Assembly: GCA_033551855.1 (NCBI GenBank) | Contig: JAWSUI010000003.1 | Location: 1-64,000 of the forward strand | Length of the DNA: 64,000 bases | Origin: Deferrisomatales bacterium | GTDB lineage: Bacteria; Desulfobacterota; Deferrisomatia; Deferrisomatales; JACRMM01 | Direction: 5' to 3' | In this document: one piece after another, positions 1 through 8,852 of the stretch | Layout of the letters: the number at the start of each line of letters is the position of its first letter | How positions within the stretch are numbered: the first letter of the stretch is position 1 | Program-made: the position numbers and the translations under genes | Notes under the pieces: generated by a model | Seen by the model: only the letters and a program-made list of their open reading frames with translations | The model's database searches: none | What the model was told of the DNA's origin: nothing

Positions 1-277
1 CGGAGGTGGGAAACCACCGGCCCGACACCAGAGTCTCCACGAGCCAGGACGGCAAGCCCGCGCCGAGGTGAAAGAGCGTGCCTGCCGCCACGAGGAGGGC
101 ATGCCCCCTCCCGAGCCCGGCGGCGATAGCCAGGGTGGCCACGTGACACGACCAGCACATGATCGCGAAGGAGTACTCCTGGGCCATGGCCCAAGCGTGC
201 AATGCCCAGGCGAGGAGAACGGCCAGGGCCAACCCCCGCCCCAGGCCGGGCGGCATGGCGCTCGGCGGAGTCCTCAT
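1..277 (-). CDS. Membrane protein, partial (runs off the window); paralog of 1153..1734
   Basis: Manual translation from ATG 277 gives ...LAWALHAWAMAQEYSFAIMCWSCHVATLAIAAG...FHLGAGLPSWLVETLVSGRWFPTS, nearly identical to the 1153 ORF. Not in the ORF track. Confidence 0.85.
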   Translation of the reverse strand, partial: MRTPPSAMPPGLGRGLALAVLLAWALHAWAMAQEYSFAIMCWSCHVATLAIAAGLGRGHALLVAAGTLFHLGAGLPSWLVETLVSGRWFPTS

Positions 278-404
278 TGTCTGACCGGTATCCGAGAGCG
301 CATCGGGTCCATCATTGACCAATCGGCCGAAACGGCTAAGGTTGCCGAAACGGACGCGGCGCTCGGCAAGCCGCACGGCGGCTGCGAGAGAGAGGAGACA
401 TCGC

Positions 405-650
405 ATGATGCCCATGCACGGGATGATGGACGGGTGGTGGCCGATGCACCCCCTCGGCTGGGTACTGATGATGCTCCTCTGGGGACTGGCCATCCTCGGA
501 GCCGTTGCGGTCGTGCGCTGGCTCTTCCTGCGGGGCACCCCGCCCCAAGCCGGGCCGCCCGAGCCGCCCCTCGAGATCCTGAAGCGCCGATACGCCCGGG
601 GAGAGCTCTCACGGGAGGAGTTCGAGCGGATCAGGAAGGACTTGGAGTGA
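405..650 (+). CDS. SHOCT-domain small membrane protein
   Basis: AGGAG RBS, Met/Gly-rich N-terminus, one TM helix, C-terminal PLEILKRRYARGELSREEFER. Confidence 0.85.
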   Translation: MMPMHGMMDGWWPMHPLGWVLMMLLWGLAILGAVAVVRWLFLRGTPPQAGPPEPPLEILKRRYARGELSREEFERIRKDLE

Positions 651-750
651 TTTCTCCCTCTCCCCCCTGAGGGGAGAGGGGATCCGAGAAGGCCGGCGGG
701 GGCACGTCTCGGGTGCGGGCACGACCCGCCCTTGGGAGTCCGTGGAAGAA

Positions 751-1039
751 GGTTCTGATCCGGATCGTGTGGGCGGGCAGGTGGCGGCGCCGCTCGCCCC
801 CCTTGCTCCCCCCTTTCCGGGCAATAGGCGCTCACTTTGCGGAGCGGCGCAGTCCCAAGAGCCCCCTCTCCCTCAGGAAGAGGGCTGGGAGAGGATGGGG
901 GGCCAAACCCATCCCCACCCTCGCCCTCCCCTTGAATAGGGAGGGAGGCCCGCGCCTCGGTCTGGAAATCTCATGCGGCGCCGGCTCGCCCGGAAGGGGA
1001 CCTCGAGAGGCGGGAACTGACATGATCCGAAAGAGAACC
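751..1039. mobile_element. MITE family A, copy 1 (degenerate), with internal REP-like palindromes
   Basis: Ends GGTTCTGATCCGGATCGTGT / ACATGATCCGAAAGAGAACC are imperfect inverted repeats; internal ACCCATCCCCACCCTCGCCCTC is shared with 5370..5599. Confidence 0.6.
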
Positions 1040-1152
1040 ACTGAAAGCCGATCCGGACGGCGCCTCTTCGGATCCCCAGGGCCAACGGAGGCTGCCCGGA
1101 GCCGGGCGAGGCGTTCGGCCTCGGGGCAGCCCGCCGTGGGGAACTCCCGCCG

Positions 1153-1734
1153 GTGAGCACCGCAGGATTTCCCCTATCGCACCGCCTGCGACGCGGGCTG
1201 GCTGCGGCCGTGCTGGCGGCCTGGGCACTGCACGCCTGGGCCATGACCACCGAATTCTCCTTTGCGATCATGCTGTGGTCGTGCCACGTGGCCACCCTGG
1301 CCATCGCCGCCGGCCTGCTGGGCGGATGGCTGCTGCCGGTGGCCGCCGGCACGGTGTTTCACATCGGCGCGGGCATCCCCTCGTGGCTCGTCGAAACCCT
1401 CGTCTCCGGCCGGTGGTTTCCCACGTCCGTCGCCGTGCACACCCTTCCCGCTGCGGTGGGCGTGCTGTGCTTCCGGCGTCGAGGCCGGCTGCCGCGGGGA
1501 ACTCTCACGGCAGCATGGTCCCTGGACCTCGGGATGGTTCCCGTTTCCCGCTGGACGACCGCGCCGGAGTGGAACGTGAACCTGGCGCACGAGACCTGGA
1601 AGCCCCTGGAGCCCTTCTTCCCCAGTCTTTTCGCCTTTCACGTGGCGGCGGCGCTGGCCACCCTGGCCTCGCTCGGGGCGGTCAGCGGGCTGCTGAATCG
1701 CCTGCTGGCGCGGCGTGCTGCTCGCTTGCCGTGA
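1153..1734 (+). CDS. Hypothetical integral membrane protein (WSCH motif)
   Basis: Several hydrophobic helices; conserved with the inverted paralog at 1..277. Confidence 0.8.
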   Translation: MSTAGFPLSHRLRRGLAAAVLAAWALHAWAMTTEFSFAIMLWSCHVATLAIAAGLLGGWLLPVAAGTVFHIGAGIPSWLVETLVSGRWFPTSVAVHTLPAAVGVLCFRRRGRLPRGTLTAAWSLDLGMVPVSRWTTAPEWNVNLAHETWKPLEPFFPSLFAFHVAAALATLASLGAVSGLLNRLLARRAARLP

Positions 1735-1769
1735 ACCGGCGGGGTCTCCGCCTCGCGTGAAGCGAAGCT

Positions 1770-2696
1770 CTACTTGATGATCTCGCCGAGCCCGTAGGCC
1801 TCCCACGCCCGGCCCCGGTATCGGACCGTGCCCTCGGCGATCCCCATCGCGAAGCCCCCGATGATCCAGGTTACGATCGTCTTCCGGTCTTCGAGCCGCA
1901 GGGTGAACGTCAGTTCCTCTCCTGCGCCGCTCCAACGGCCCTCCCACGATCGGGGCCAGCGGTAGAACCCGAGGGCCGGCCGGCGCCCGGTGACGTCGAC
2001 CTCCGCGCCTTCCAGCCGGACGGCCCTTCCATCCGCGACCGCGAACCCGTCCACCAGGCCGGTGAGGCCCGCCAGCTTCTCGCTTCGCTGCCGGTGGAGG
2101 TAGAGGTCTCCGAGGTCGCCCGTGGCCGGGTCGCGGAGCAGCAGGTAGAGCCCGTGGAAGTCCCGCCAGAACCCGGGGTAGGTGCGGGCCAGGCGGTTCC
2201 AGTCCTCGAAGTGGATGTGCTCGTAGATGACCCGGCCCGGCAGCGTGCGCCCGGCCCAGACGAGTGTGGCCGACACAGAGCCCATCCAGTAGCGGTCCTG
2301 CCCGCGCTTGCGGTCGAGGTGGACCGGGATGGCGTCGATCCGAAGGGAGAGGGAGTTCTCGGGGCTCTCGATTGTCATGCCAGACTCCGGCGTGCCCGAG
2401 AAGCGGAAGTGCTCCGAGTCCGTGAGACCCTCCAGGACCTGTCCCGTGTTGGGAAACGGGCCGCTTCCCCGGAGGCCGATCCAGCCTTGCCCCTCGGCGT
2501 GGAGCACCGCGAAGTGCTCCGCCTGGAACTCCCTGCCGTCCTGCCCACGGTTGGTGTCGAGGGCGAAGGCGACCCGCCCCTGCTCATCCTGCCCCACGAA
2601 GGAGAAGTAGTCGGAGTAGTAGGCGAGCCGGGCCCCGGCGAGGCTCGGGGCCGAGAGGATCAGGACCAGGGAAAGCAGCCCGCGCCCGACCGTCAT
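1770..2696 (-). CDS. Hypothetical exported beta-rich protein
   Basis: Signal peptide MTVGRGLLSLVLILSAPSLAGA, aromatic-rich globular sequence, GGAG RBS. Confidence 0.75.
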   Translation of the reverse strand: MTVGRGLLSLVLILSAPSLAGARLAYYSDYFSFVGQDEQGRVAFALDTNRGQDGREFQAEHFAVLHAEGQGWIGLRGSGPFPNTGQVLEGLTDSEHFRFSGTPESGMTIESPENSLSLRIDAIPVHLDRKRGQDRYWMGSVSATLVWAGRTLPGRVIYEHIHFEDWNRLARTYPGFWRDFHGLYLLLRDPATGDLGDLYLHRQRSEKLAGLTGLVDGFAVADGRAVRLEGAEVDVTGRRPALGFYRWPRSWEGRWSGAGEELTFTLRLEDRKTIVTWIIGGFAMGIAEGTVRYRGRAWEAYGLGEIIK

Positions 2697-2823
2697 CTCA
2701 GATCTCCCGTTTCGGATAAGGAAGCCAGCTGCCCGAGAAGTATGCTTCGAATTCCGGCCCACGTGACCGCGAAGGGGTCGCGCAGGCACCGGGGGCGGTC
2801 AAGCCCAGGAGTGGCGAAGACCG

Positions 2824-3807
2824 TTACCGGGGCCGGAGCCGATAGGGTTCCCCAAACTCGAGGGACGAGCCGTTCGCCGGCGCGTTCTCCAGAAGCTCCA
2901 GCGCGGCCAGAAGGACGCTCTTCTGCCGCTCCGCATCTCCCGGGGCGCCGAGCGGCCGCCCCACCGGATGCCGGGTCAGGAGGACGCGCGGCAAAGACAT
3001 CTCCCGTGCCACCTTCTCGAACGCCTTGACGTAGACCGCAACGGTCGGAATTCCGGCCTCTTCCGCGACCCGGGCGACGTGTCCCACGGACACGTGGCAG
3101 ACCGGTCAGACGGGCACCAGCAGGAGAGCCTCCACCTTCTCCTCCTGGATCCGCGCGACCCAGGCGGGGGCGCTCTCCTTCAGGAGCCGGAGCTGGGAGC
3201 AGGCGCCCACGAAGGAGTACGAGGTCGGCGCCAGCTCGCCGATGGCTCCTTCGCCTTCGAGCTCCCGGAGCCGATCCAGCGCGAAGACCACGTTGGGGTC
3301 GGTCTGGGCCGCCCGCACTTCGTAGCCCCCGTGCCGGACGCACAGCGAAGCGGACGGCGTGCCGGAGGGGATGGCGCACAGGTCCGGGGGCGCCTTGAGG
3401 AACTCCATGATGCGCCGGGTCGCCTCCTCCTGCGTCATGCCCTTCACCCCGAAGGGCTCCGGGTCGGCTCCCTCGGCGAAGTGGCCGCTCGAGGTGAGCA
3501 GGGCCAGCCGGCACTCCCGTACGGGCTTCGCCAAAGGAGTGAACGGGCCCCTGTCATAGGCCCACTTTCCGGCCCCTTCGTGCCCGTAGGCCCGGGCCTG
3601 CCACTCGTAGGCGTGCTGCACCAGGCGGTCGGCGTCGCCGTCGTCGATGGTCTGTCCGAGCTTGTCCAGGAGGGAGCGGAAGAACTCCCCCGCCTCCTCG
3701 GCAGGGAGGTTCTTCAGGAACTTGAATGCGAGGTCGCCCCGGGTGCCGTAGAAGAACGAGTCCTTGAATTCCTCGAGGGATTCGGGGGCCGGCTGGGTAT
3801 CGGTCAT
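2824..3807 (-). CDS. Glycine/sarcosine/betaine/proline reductase selenoprotein B family protein (Sec at UGA 3106-3108)
   Basis: ORFs 3106..3807 and 2824..3093 are in frame; readthrough gives LLVPV-U-PVCHVSVGHVARVAEEAGIPTV (UxxC); family motifs ALLTSSG and DPNVVF.LDRLREL. Confidence 0.9.
3077..3095 (-). promoter_or_regulatory. SECIS-like hairpin
   Basis: ACGUGUCC-GUG-GGACACGU, perfect 8-bp stem starting at nt 11 after UGA. Confidence 0.75.
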
Positions 3808-3942
3808 GGCTGTCCTCCGGGCGGGAGCCTTGTAGGGGCGACCGTCGGGACGTGGGCTCCTGGAACCGGGCCGTCATCTTCCACCGACGCCCAGAACCGT
3901 GACGGGACGCTCCCGATGCTCCGGGCTGCGCCTACACGCGAA

Positions 3943-3985
3943 ATTTTATCCGCCCCGCGCAAGCCGTGTTGTAGCACCGGCTACA
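3943..3985 (-). promoter_or_regulatory. Crp/Fnr (NtcA-like) box with class II-spaced -10 element
   Basis: TGTAGC-ACCG-GCTACA at 3970-3985; TAAAAT on the minus strand exactly 22 nt after TAC. Confidence 0.7.
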
Positions 3986-4265
3986 CGCCCGAGTCTCTCG
4001 CAGAATTTGGGGAGGTCGGCACCGTGACGGTCGATGCGGGGCGGGGCGGCACGGGGTTGCGCGGGCGACTCGCCCCCCATCCCCTCCCTATGCGCCGCGT
4101 CCGCCGTGCAACCCGTTCGATTTTGTGCTCCAATCGCGGGATAGGCCGCCTGCCGGGCTCAGGCGGCGGCGCAGGAGACGCAACCGACGGCCCCGGGAGG
4201 GCATCCTCGCGGAGGTCGCAGCGGCGGAGCGGGGAAGGGGCCCGATGCCGCAACCCGAACCTAGG

Positions 4266-5351
4266 CTACGCCAGCGTCGGGTAATCTGTGTACCCGCGTT
4301 CGTCGCCACCGTAGAACGTGCTCGGGTCGGGGGCGTTGCAGGGCCCGTTGCGCTCGAGCCGTGCCGGCAGGTCGGGATTTGCCAGGAAGAGCGCTCCGAA
4401 GCTCACGAAGTCCGCCCGCTCTTCCGCCAGCACGGCTTCCGCTCGTGCCCGCGTGTAGGCGCCGTTTGCCATGTAGGGGCTGCCGAAGCCGGACTTCAGG
4501 GCGCGGTAGTCGAAGGCTTGCGGCACCACGCCGTCCGGGCCCACGCTGGCCTCGACCACGTGCAGGTAGGCGAGCCCGAAGGAGCGCAATGCCGCGGCCG
4601 CGTAGCCGAACGTGGCCGCCGGATCGGAGTCGGCCATCGAGTTGAAGGCGTTGAGCGGGCTGAGACGGACGCCCACCCGGCCCGGCTCCCACGCCCCGCA
4701 CACCGCCTCGGTCACCTCCAGGAGGAACCGGGCTCGGTTTGCCACGGAGCCACCATAGGCGTCCGTGCGGCGGTTGGTGCCGTCGCGCAGGAACTGGTCG
4801 ATCAGGTAACCGTTGGCGGCGTGGATCTCCACGCCGTCGAACCCTGCTGCCCGGGCGTTCGCCGCCCCCCGGGCAAAACATTCGACGACCACTGGGATCT
4901 CCGTGGTCTCCAACGCCCGCGGCGTGAGGAACGGCTTCACTCCCTCGTAGGTCATCACCTCGCCGGCAGGGGCGACGGCGCTGGGGGCCACCGGCAGCGC
5001 CCCGCCTGGCTGGAGGGCCGGGTGGGAGATGCGCCCCGCGTGCCACAACTGAAGGAAGATCCTTCCGTCCGCCGCGTGGACGGCCTCCGTCACCTGCCGC
5101 CACCCCGCCACCTGCTCGGAGGTGTGGATGCCGGGGGTGTTCGGGTAGCCGACCCCGGTTTCGCTCACCTGGGTCGCCTCGGTGACGAGCAGCCCGGCGG
5201 AGGCGCGCTGGGCATAGTAGGTGGCGGTCATGGGTTGGACCACGTTGCCGGGCCCGGCGCGGTTGCGGGTCATGGGAGCGAGGACGACCCGGTTGCGCAA
5301 GCGGTGAGGCCCGAGTTGAAAGGGAGCAAAGAGCAAGGACCCTGCTGAGAT
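4266..5351 (-). CDS. Old Yellow Enzyme alkene reductase (NemA-like)
   Basis: NRVVLAPMTR, GFDGVEIHAANGYLIDQFL, FYGG..RGYTDYP; start uncertain (ATC 5351 after AAGGAG, or TTG 5336). Confidence 0.92.
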   Translation of the reverse strand: MSAGSLLFAPFQLGPHRLRNRVVLAPMTRNRAGPGNVVQPMTATYYAQRASAGLLVTEATQVSETGVGYPNTPGIHTSEQVAGWRQVTEAVHAADGRIFLQLWHAGRISHPALQPGGALPVAPSAVAPAGEVMTYEGVKPFLTPRALETTEIPVVVECFARGAANARAAGFDGVEIHAANGYLIDQFLRDGTNRRTDAYGGSVANRARFLLEVTEAVCGAWEPGRVGVRLSPLNAFNSMADSDPAATFGYAAAALRSFGLAYLHVVEASVGPDGVVPQAFDYRALKSGFGSPYMANGAYTRARAEAVLAEERADFVSFGALFLANPDLPARLERNGPCNAPDPSTFYGGDERGYTDYPTLA

Positions 5352-5369
5352 CGTATCGCTCCTTTTTTT

Positions 5370-5599
5370 GGCTCTGTTCCGATCTGTGTGGGCTGACAGG
5401 AGTAAGCGGCATCCGCCCCCTCGTGCTCCTCCCCCTTCAAGGGGGAGGTTGGGAGGGGGATGGGGTGCAGCCCCGGCGCTGGCCGGACGACAACCCATCC
5501 CCACCCTCGCCCTCTCCTTGAAGGGGAGGGAAGTTGGATCTCGTTCGAGCGGTGTACGAGGGCGCGGGAGACGGGCCCCACACGATCCGAAACAGAACC
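5370..5599. mobile_element. MITE family A, copy 2, with 8-bp target duplication
   Basis: TIRs GGCTCTGTTCCGATCTGTGTGGG / CCCACACGATCCGAAACAGAACC, flanked by CTTTTTTT at 5362-5369 and 5600-5607. Confidence 0.75.
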
Positions 5600-5608
5600 C
5601 TTTTTTTC

Positions 5609-5817
5609 GGCTCATCCGGGGAATGACCGGGTACTCGTCTCCAGGGACGATCGGGTGGGCCCGACCACGTAGGCGGACGGCCGCTCGACCGGACCAGCTG
5701 CTTCGGGAGCCGCAATATCGCGAGGATTCCGGATGCGGCGCGGGAGCGCTCCCACCGTGCAGCCCGGCATCGTCTGCCGGAGTGGGCGGGCCCACCCGGT
5801 CGTTTGCCGGATGAACC
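5609..5817. mobile_element. MITE family B, copy 1 (209 bp), with 8-bp target duplication
   Basis: 24-bp TIRs (20/24 match) starting GG(C/T)TCATCCGG, flanked by TTTTTTTC on both sides; second copy at 58836..59044. Confidence 0.82.
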
Positions 5818-6049
5818 TTTTTTTCTTGTCCGCAGCCCCTCTCCGGGGGCGGCTGTCCGGGCCAAGAAATAGGCCCGTCAGCACCGGCATGCACCGTGGT
5901 GGCGATGTGCCACGGGATCCGGGCTGGCGATTGGGAGCGCGACCAGCGCTCGGGACAGGCCGTGCGGTTTGGGGCCCCATACGCCGGGCCTGCCGGGAGT
6001 CCTCTGGGAAAGACGGCCGCAGACCCGACGAATCTTCTGTCGGGCCGGA

Positions 6050-6805
6050 CTACGGTCCCACCCTCTCGCCGGGCAGCACAAGCTCGCCGCACTTCAGACT
6101 CACCAACTCCCGAAGTATCGCCTCGTTCGCGTGAAACGCCTCGACCGCGGCGGGGGCGAACTGGCTCCCCGCTCCACGGACGATATCCGCCCTCGCCATC
6201 TCGAAGGAGACCTTGGCGCGATAGGGCCGTTCCGAGGTCATGGCGTCCAGCGCGTCCACGATGGCGAAGAGCCGCGCTCCCAGCGGGATCGCGTCCCCGG
6301 CGAGCCCCTGCGGGTAGCCCGAGCCGTCGTAGCGCTCCTCGTGGGTGAGCACGATCTCGGCCGCTCCCGCCAGAAACCCGGCCCCCGCCAGCATCGCATG
6401 GCCCTTTTCCGGATGCGTCTTCATCTGCGCCCATTCCGGCTCCGTGAGGGGTCCGGGCTTGAGCAAGATGGCGTCGGGAACCCCGATCTTGCCGATGTCG
6501 TGGAGCAGCGCTCCCCAGTACATCTGGCGAAGGGCCAAGGGGTCTTCGGTCACCGCTCGCATCAGGGCAACGGCATAGCAGGCAACGCGGCGCGAATGGA
6601 GGCCCGTCTCCCGCTCCCGCACGTCAAGGGCCGTCGCGAGGGCCGCCGGAAGGGGCAGGCACGGCGCCTCCGGCCCCGTCCGGACCTCTTCGGGCTCCCC
6701 TCCGGTCAGGAAACACCCCTCGCAGACGTACGCATCTCCCCGGCGCGCGAACGGCGGTCCCAGGATGGGGGTCCCGCACTCGGCGCAAGCTCGCCCTTCG
6801 GCCAT
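6050..6805 (-). CDS. HD-GYP domain protein with N-terminal CxxC-CxxC zinc finger
   Basis: LLHDIGKIG, HEERYDGSGYP; N-terminal CAEC...CEGC. Confidence 0.9.
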   Translation of the reverse strand: MAEGRACAECGTPILGPPFARRGDAYVCEGCFLTGGEPEEVRTGPEAPCLPLPAALATALDVRERETGLHSRRVACYAVALMRAVTEDPLALRQMYWGALLHDIGKIGVPDAILLKPGPLTEPEWAQMKTHPEKGHAMLAGAGFLAGAAEIVLTHEERYDGSGYPQGLAGDAIPLGARLFAIVDALDAMTSERPYRAKVSFEMARADIVRGAGSQFAPAAVEAFHANEAILRELVSLKCGELVLPGERVGP

Positions 6806-6854
6806 GTCGATCCTCCACGTGGAAACGCTCCGTTGGACTCTGGCGGCGCGCCGC

Positions 6855-7568
6855 TTATCCTTCCTCGGCTAGGTACCAGGTGGCCCCCGTTGCCCCGTGC
6901 ACCCGCGCCGCCGGGTACGAGAGCGTTATGCCATCCTCCGCCACGATCCGGGCCGCGAGTTCGACCTTCTCCCGCCCCGTGGCCAGAAAAAGCGCCCCGC
7001 GCGCTCCCCGGAGAGCGGGAATCGTCAAGGTGATTCGGGGCACGGGCGGCAAGGCGTTTCCCCCCGTCACCGCCGCAGTCCACCGCGTCTCCTCCTCCGA
7101 GACGGGATCGCCGGGAAAGAGCGAAGCGGTGTGGCCGTCGGCTCCCAGGCCCAGGAGAACGAGATCGAACGGGGGAGCAGAGGCGGGCCCGAAGAACGCG
7201 CGCAGGTCCGCTTCCCAGGCGCGCGCCGCCGCTTCGGGAGGCGAGAGCCGGGCAGGCGGCAGGTGGATCTGGATCCGCGGGATCGGCACCCGGTCCAGGA
7301 GCGCCCGGAGGGCGGCGCCCGCGTTGCTGGCGGGATTCGTCAAGGGCACGCAGCGCTCGTCACCCCAAAAGACGTGGGTCTCGGCCCAGGGGAAGGGGCT
7401 CCAGGAGGCCAGCCGCTCATAGACGGGCAAGGGGGTGCTCCCTCCGGAGAGCACCCAGAGGAACCGCCCCCGTGCATGCACGCCGGCCCAAGCCGCTTCG
7501 ACGATGTGGCCGGCGGCGGCCTCGGTCAGGGCGGCGCCGTCGGGGAATCGGCGGACTTCTCCGGTCAC
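6855..7568 (-). CDS. pgl: 6-phosphogluconolactonase
   Basis: LSGGSTP, FWGDERCVP, GLGADGHTASLFP. Confidence 0.93.
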   Translation of the reverse strand: MTGEVRRFPDGAALTEAAAGHIVEAAWAGVHARGRFLWVLSGGSTPLPVYERLASWSPFPWAETHVFWGDERCVPLTNPASNAGAALRALLDRVPIPRIQIHLPPARLSPPEAAARAWEADLRAFFGPASAPPFDLVLLGLGADGHTASLFPGDPVSEEETRWTAAVTGGNALPPVPRITLTIPALRGARGALFLATGREKVELAARIVAEDGITLSYPAARVHGATGATWYLAEEG

Positions 7569-8554
7569 GGCAGCGCCCGAGCCGCGCAGCGGGCGGCGCC
7601 GTACAGAGCGGTCTTGGGGTCGAGGATTACCCGGACCGGCACCTCGGCCAGGAGCCCCGAGAGCCTCCCCTTGGCCCGGAAGGCCTCGAGGAAGCCTCCC
7701 TCTCGGAGCTTGGGGAGCACCTTGGGGGCGATGCCCCCGCCCACGTACACGCCGGCAGTCGCCAGCGCCTTGAGGGCCAGGTTGCCGGCTTCGGCGCCGT
7801 AGGCGCGAAGCCACAGGTCCAGGGCCCGGGCGCAGGGCTCGTCGGTACCCTGGAGCGCCTCGCCGGAGATCACCGAGGACGGGTCCTCGGATTCCATCCG
7901 GGCCCGGACCCTCGGGGTCTCCGAGACCCTACCGGCGGCCGTGAGGAAGCGGTAGACGTTTCGGAGCCCCGGCCCGGACACGACCCGCTCGGCGCTCACC
8001 GCACCGAGCTCGGCGGACAGGAAGCGGAGCAACGCGATCTCGAGATCGCTGGTGGGCGCAAAGCTCGCGTGGCCCCCTTCTGAAGCCACCGGCACCAGCG
8101 CCTCACCGCTTCGGACGAGGAGGGCCTCACCGAGCCCGGTGCCCGCGGCGATCAGAGCCGCGTTGCCGGTGGGGTCCGGTTTCCCCTCCTGGAGGACCTC
8201 CAGGCCCTCGGGCGGCAGCTCGGCGATGCCCAGCGCCGTCGCTACGAGGTCGTTCACGAGGGTCACGGCGGGAAGACCCAGGGCGGCCCCGATCTCCTCG
8301 GCCGCGACGCCCCACGGGAGGTTCGGCGTCATGGCCCGGCCGTCGCGCACCGGCCCCGCGATGCCCAGGCACGCGGCGCCGACGGAGCCGGCGTCGTCTC
8401 CCAGGAACCCGCTCAGGAGGGAGGCCGCGCTCGCGAATCCGGCGCTGGGGACCGCCGCCTCCCGAATGGCAACGAGCCCCCCGGACACCTCGCGAAACAG
8501 GGCCAGGTTCGCCTTGGTGCCGCCGATGTCGGCGGCCAGGAGCAAGGGCCTCAC
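7565..8554 (-). CDS. glk: Glucokinase
   Basis: ADIGGTK, GTGLGEA, SEGGH, GGGIAPK. Confidence 0.93.
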   Translation of the reverse strand: MRPLLLAADIGGTKANLALFREVSGGLVAIREAAVPSAGFASAASLLSGFLGDDAGSVGAACLGIAGPVRDGRAMTPNLPWGVAAEEIGAALGLPAVTLVNDLVATALGIAELPPEGLEVLQEGKPDPTGNAALIAAGTGLGEALLVRSGEALVPVASEGGHASFAPTSDLEIALLRFLSAELGAVSAERVVSGPGLRNVYRFLTAAGRVSETPRVRARMESEDPSSVISGEALQGTDEPCARALDLWLRAYGAEAGNLALKALATAGVYVGGGIAPKVLPKLREGGFLEAFRAKGRLSGLLAEVPVRVILDPKTALYGAARCAARALP

Positions 8555-8612
8555 GGCTTCCCCCAGAGCGCGCCGCGCGCACGCGGGTCGGCGTACAGTG
8601 TCCTCTTCTCGT

Positions 8613-8804
8613 TCACTCCCGTTCCCCTCCTTCCCACCGCACCACGCTCCCGAGGGCTTGGTAGTGCTCCCAACAGCGATGACAGGCTCCGTCGGCTTCC
8701 ACCCACCCGGGGTGCCCGTCCCGGATGCGCTGGAGAAGCCAGCGCTCCGCGACCTCGTGCACGAGGGACTCCGTCTCTTCCCGACAGATCGGGCAAAGGG
8801 CCAT
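8613..8804 (-). CDS. Small putative zinc-binding protein
   Basis: CPIC...HPGWVEADGACHRC; GAGGAG RBS; co-oriented within the cluster. Confidence 0.7.
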   Translation of the reverse strand: MALCPICREETESLVHEVAERWLLQRIRDGHPGWVEADGACHRCWEHYQALGSVVRWEGGERE

Positions 8805-8852
8805 GGCGATCTCCTCTCGCCGGATCCGTGGGCGGCGGGACCGCCCACCCGA

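Noticed and set aside
335..361. GCTAAG-N16-CGGCG upstream of the SHOCT gene as an ECF promoter
   Set aside because: Too many mismatches to support
5370..5817. Repeats as a CRISPR array or riboswitch
   Set aside because: No repeat-spacer periodicity; TIRs and target duplications fit MITEs better
5352..6434. Long N-terminal extension of the OYE ORF
   Set aside because: Runs through two MITEs and overlaps the HD-GYP gene out of frame
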